Assembly: GCF_000007145.1 (NCBI RefSeq)
Contig: NC_003902.1
Span: 1,987,436-2,019,435, forward strand
Source of the DNA: Xanthomonas campestris pv. campestris str. ATCC 33913
Lineage (GTDB): Bacteria > Pseudomonadota > Gammaproteobacteria > Xanthomonadales > Xanthomonadaceae
Reading direction: 5' to 3'
Length of the DNA stretch: 32,000 nt
Shown here: positions 29,217 through 32,000 of the stretch, piece after piece
Numbering within the stretch: position 1 is the first letter of the stretch
Layout: each line of letters begins with the position of its first letter
The notes under the pieces: generated by a model
Database searches by the model: none
The model's input: only the letters and a program-made list of their open reading frames with translations
Told to the model about the DNA's origin: nothing
Translations under genes and position numbers: made by a program

Positions 29217-29792
29217 TTAAAACTTCATCGGGTCCATGATCGCGTCGAGATTGAGGTGATCACAGAATTCCAGGAAATCATCGCGCAAGGCAGCGATGTG
29301 CATGTTGGCCGGCACGCCGATGGTCACCTGCGCAGAGAACATCTCCGCACCGGTCTGCATCGCGCGGTAACGGGTGCTCTGCAGGTTCTCGATGGTGATG
29401 CCCTGGCGGTCGAAGAAATCGGCAAGCTGGAACAGGATGCCGGGCTTGTCGGCGGCGATCACCTCGACGATGTACGGCAGCAGATTGGATTGCGCCTGCT
29501 TGGGGCCGGTGCGGTACCACACCAGCTTCAGGCCTTCTTCGCGTTCGAGCCGCGTCAGCATGGCTTCGAGCTTGGCAACCGAGTCCCAGGAGCCGGTGGC
29601 CAGCGCGGTGACCGAGACATCGCGCCCCACGGTGGCCAGGCGGGCGTCCACGAGATTGCAGCCGCTGTCGGCGATGCGGCGGGTGACGGGCAACAGGGGG
29701 GACTCCGGATGCGTCGTGTAGGCGTTGATCAGGAGGTGGTTTTCGGTCGGCGAAGGCCGGGGAGTCGAGTCAGTCAAAGGGGCTTCCGGCAT
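29217..29792 (-). CDS. gcvR: Glycine cleavage system transcriptional repressor GcvR-like (tandem ACT domains)
   Basis: SGCNLVDARLATVG and GSWDSV match the GcvR pattern (E. coli SCGCNIEDSRLAMLG, GSWNAI). The position divergent from dapA matches E. coli. ATG 29792 is preferred over longer in-frame starts. Confidence 0.8.
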   Translation of the reverse strand: MPEAPLTDSTPRPSPTENHLLINAYTTHPESPLLPVTRRIADSGCNLVDARLATVGRDVSVTALATGSWDSVAKLEAMLTRLEREEGLKLVWYRTGPKQAQSNLLPYIVEVIAADKPGILFQLADFFDRQGITIENLQSTRYRAMQTGAEMFSAQVTIGVPANMHIAALRDDFLEFCDHLNLDAIMDPMKF

Positions 29793-29935
29793 TGCATCAG
29801 GCTGAATGGCCGCCCGGGCAGGCGCCCTGGCGGTGACCAGCATACTTGCCCGTGCTTTCGCGCCGCAAGTAACATGCAGGCGGCCACAACCCGCGTGCGC
29901 GCGGGCCTTTCCTGTCACGTAAGAGCAGCAGAATC

Positions 29936-30844
29936 TTGTCCCTTTCCGGCATCATCACCGCGCTGGCGACCCCTTTCGGGCCGGACGGCACACTCGACCT
30001 GGATGCCTGGCGACGGCTGCTGGAGCAGCAGCTGCACGGCGGTGTCCAGGGAATCGTGGTTGCCGGCTCGACCGGCGAAGCGGCGGCACTGAGCGACGAC
30101 GAGTACGACACGCTGGTGCGTGCGGCCGTGGCACAGGTGGCCGGTCGTGTGCAGGTACTGGCTGGCACCGGGCTCTCCGGTACCGCAAAAACCATCGCGC
30201 AGACCCGCCGTGCCGCCACGCTGGGCGCGCAGTACGCGCTGGTGGTGACGCCGCCTTACGTGCGGCCCACCCAGGCCGGCCTGCTGGCGCACTTCCAGGC
30301 GGTTGCCGACAACGGCGGCCTGCCGGTGGTGCTGTACAACGTGCCGGGCCGTACCGGCTGCGACCTGCTGCCGGAAACGGTCGCCGCGCTGGTGAGCCAC
30401 CCGAACATCGTCGGCATCAAGGAAGCGCGCAGCGAACCGGAGCGGGTTGCCGCGCTGGTGGCCATGCGCAGCGACAGATTCGTGGTGCTCAGCGGTGACG
30501 ACGGCAGCGCCGCCCAGTCAATGCTGGCCGGCGCCGACGGCCTGGTGTCGGTGGCGTCCAACGCGCTGCCGTCGGCCTACCGCCGGCTCTGCGATCTGGC
30601 CCGCACTGGTCAGCACGAGGCCGCCAACGCCTGGGACACGCGTCTGAGCGAGTACCACAGCTTCTGCGGCATCGAATCCAATCCCATCCCCGTCAAGGCG
30701 CTGCTGCAGCGCGCCGGGATCGGCCACGGCCTGCGCTTGCCGTTGCTGCCACTTTCTGCGGCCCATCAGCCGGCCGCCGACCGCCTTGCCGCCAACGCAG
30801 TTGCGTTGGAAGCGCTTTCCAGCCGCGAAATGCTCGCGGCCTGA
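29936..30844 (+). CDS. dapA: 4-hydroxy-tetrahydrodipicolinate synthase
   Basis: [17 protein letters not shown], active-site Lys in IVGIKEA. The apparent start is TTG at 29936. Confidence 0.94.
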   Translation: MSLSGIITALATPFGPDGTLDLDAWRRLLEQQLHGGVQGIVVAGSTGEAAALSDDEYDTLVRAAVAQVAGRVQVLAGTGLSGTAKTIAQTRRAATLGAQYALVVTPPYVRPTQAGLLAHFQAVADNGGLPVVLYNVPGRTGCDLLPETVAALVSHPNIVGIKEARSEPERVAALVAMRSDRFVVLSGDDGSAAQSMLAGADGLVSVASNALPSAYRRLCDLARTGQHEAANAWDTRLSEYHSFCGIESNPIPVKALLQRAGIGHGLRLPLLPLSAAHQPAADRLAANAVALEALSSREMLAA

Positions 30845-30860
30845 CCCAGGAGATCTATCG

Positions 30861-31379
30861 ATGCGTCATTCCGTTTCCCCCGTCCGCGTGCTCTCGCTCG
30901 CGTTGCTGGCGACCGCCACCGTCGCCGCCACGAACGGCTGCAGCTGGTTCCACAAGGGCGCGCGCGGCGACTATGCGCTGGCCCCGGAGGCACGTCCGCT
31001 GGAAGTGCCGCCGGATCTGAACCTGCCCGACACCTCCGGTGCCATGAAGGTGCCGACGCTGGCGTCCACCACCCAGCAGAACGCCAACACGCCGCCATCG
31101 GCCAGCGCCAACAGCGGCTTCACCGTGCCGGGCGAGCGCGATGCGGTGTTTGCCAAGGTGGGCGACGCGCTGGCCGATATCCCGGGCCTGACCATCGCCA
31201 GCAAGGCGCAGATGCTGGGCTCCTACGACGTCACCTACGAGGGCGCCAGCTTCCTGGTGCGCGTGGTCAAGGTCGAAGCCGGCAGCTACGTCTCGGCGGT
31301 TGATCCGCGCGGCATGCCTGCCACTGCGGCGGCGCCGGTGGCGTTGATCGCCTCGCTGAAGGGCAAGCTGGGCGGCTGA
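30861..31379 (+). CDS. bamC: Short BamC/NlpB-like outer-membrane lipoprotein
   Basis: SD aggag. Lipobox LLATATVAATNG-C. LEVPPDL motif. The position directly after dapA matches the dapA-bamC arrangement of E. coli. It is only 172 aa. Confidence 0.6.
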   Translation: MRHSVSPVRVLSLALLATATVAATNGCSWFHKGARGDYALAPEARPLEVPPDLNLPDTSGAMKVPTLASTTQQNANTPPSASANSGFTVPGERDAVFAKVGDALADIPGLTIASKAQMLGSYDVTYEGASFLVRVVKVEAGSYVSAVDPRGMPATAAAPVALIASLKGKLGG

Positions 31380-31402
31380 GGCCGGTTGGCAGTGCAGACA
31401 GC

Positions 31403-31429
31403 AAAACGGGCGCCCAGGGCGCCCGTTTT
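31403..31429. terminator. Bidirectional terminator (aaaacgggcgcc-cag-ggcgcccgtttt)
   Basis: Perfect 12-bp stem lying between the convergent bamC-like and fdxA genes. Confidence 0.85.
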
Positions 31430-31455
31430 GTATTTGCGGCCGGCGGCGCTACGGA

Positions 31456-31779
31456 TCAGCGCTGCAGCAGCGGCAATTTGTCCGGCTTGCCGTCCCACTC
31501 GGCGGCGTCGGGCAACGGCTCCTGGCGCACTGTCAGCACCGGCCAGGCCTTGGCCAGCTCGGCGTTGAGGGCAACGAAGGCTTCCTGTCCCGCCGGCACG
31601 TCGTCCTCGGGATAGATCGCGTTGGCCGGGCACTCAGGCTCGCACAGGGTGCAATCGATGCACTCATCCGGGTCGATGACCAGAAAGTTCGGGCCTGCGT
31701 GGAAGCAATCCACCGGACAGACCTCGACGCAGTCGGTGTATTTGCACTTGATGCAGTTTTCGGTGACAACAAAAGGCAT
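31456..31779 (-). CDS. fdxA: 7Fe ferredoxin (Azotobacter FdxA type, [3Fe-4S][4Fe-4S])
   Basis: [26 protein letters not shown] and [12 protein letters not shown] cysteine clusters. ATG 31779 is preferred over the upstream in-frame start at 31806. Confidence 0.93.
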   Translation of the reverse strand: MPFVVTENCIKCKYTDCVEVCPVDCFHAGPNFLVIDPDECIDCTLCEPECPANAIYPEDDVPAGQEAFVALNAELAKAWPVLTVRQEPLPDAAEWDGKPDKLPLLQR

Positions 31780-32000
31780 GGCAACTTCCGGCGTTAAGCC
31801 GCGCAATTCTAAAGCAGTCGCGTGGTGGGTGTGCGGGTGAGGCGTGATCTTGCAGTGATTTGGCGGTGCGGGGGCGGTTGGCGGTGCTGCCGCCTCGCGC
31901 GCCCTACGCGTGCGGCGCGGGCATTAGGGCGAACGCGCGCTGGGGGCCCGCAGCCGCGCCTCCTCGCCTCACCGCGAGAAGGCGTTGCCGAGGTCAGGCA

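Overview
High-GC chromosomal segment, almost certainly Xanthomonadaceae (Xanthomonas-like). This is judged from the gene order and from a Xylella/Xanthomonas-type LexA operator (TTAG-N6-TACTA) in front of lexA.

Plus-strand genes, in order: ftsH (5' end cut by the window), folP, miaA, hfq, hflX, a CinA/PncC-type amidohydrolase, a TonB-dependent receptor, an ABC1/UbiB-family kinase, lexA, recA, recX, alaS, csrA and tRNA-Ser(GCU). Next come a soluble triple-PAS chemoreceptor flanked by ORF-poor DNA, a divergent pirin/LysR pair, and a DedA-rhodanese fusion protein.

A long minus-strand run follows. Read in its direction of transcription it is gcvR, an rraB-like gene, bcp, a PIN-PhoH ATPase, a lipoprotein, thiD, an alpha/beta hydrolase and two identical tRNA-Arg(ACG) genes. 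The window ends with dapA, a short bamC-like lipoprotein gene and fdxA.

Most of this is ordinary core housekeeping DNA. I see no CRISPR array, IS element, integrase, prophage or recognisable defence island, and I cannot point to a clear novel multi-gene system.

The items most worth a second look are:
- a near-perfect 194-bp tandem duplication of the pirin 5' end, which creates an upstream ORF whose stop overlaps the real pirin ATG;
- the 17.6-24.6 kb segment lying between tRNA-Ser and the oppositely oriented tRNA-Arg genes, a possible inversion that split a csrA-serV-argV type cluster, with lower-GC ORF-free DNA on both sides of the chemoreceptor gene;
- a lexA operator that directly abuts the start codon, implying a leaderless or near-leaderless mRNA;
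- two tightly coupled gene pairs with no obvious functional logic (PIN-PhoH/lipoprotein and thiD/hydrolase).

All calls rest on reading the sequence and ORF translations by eye. No database search was run.
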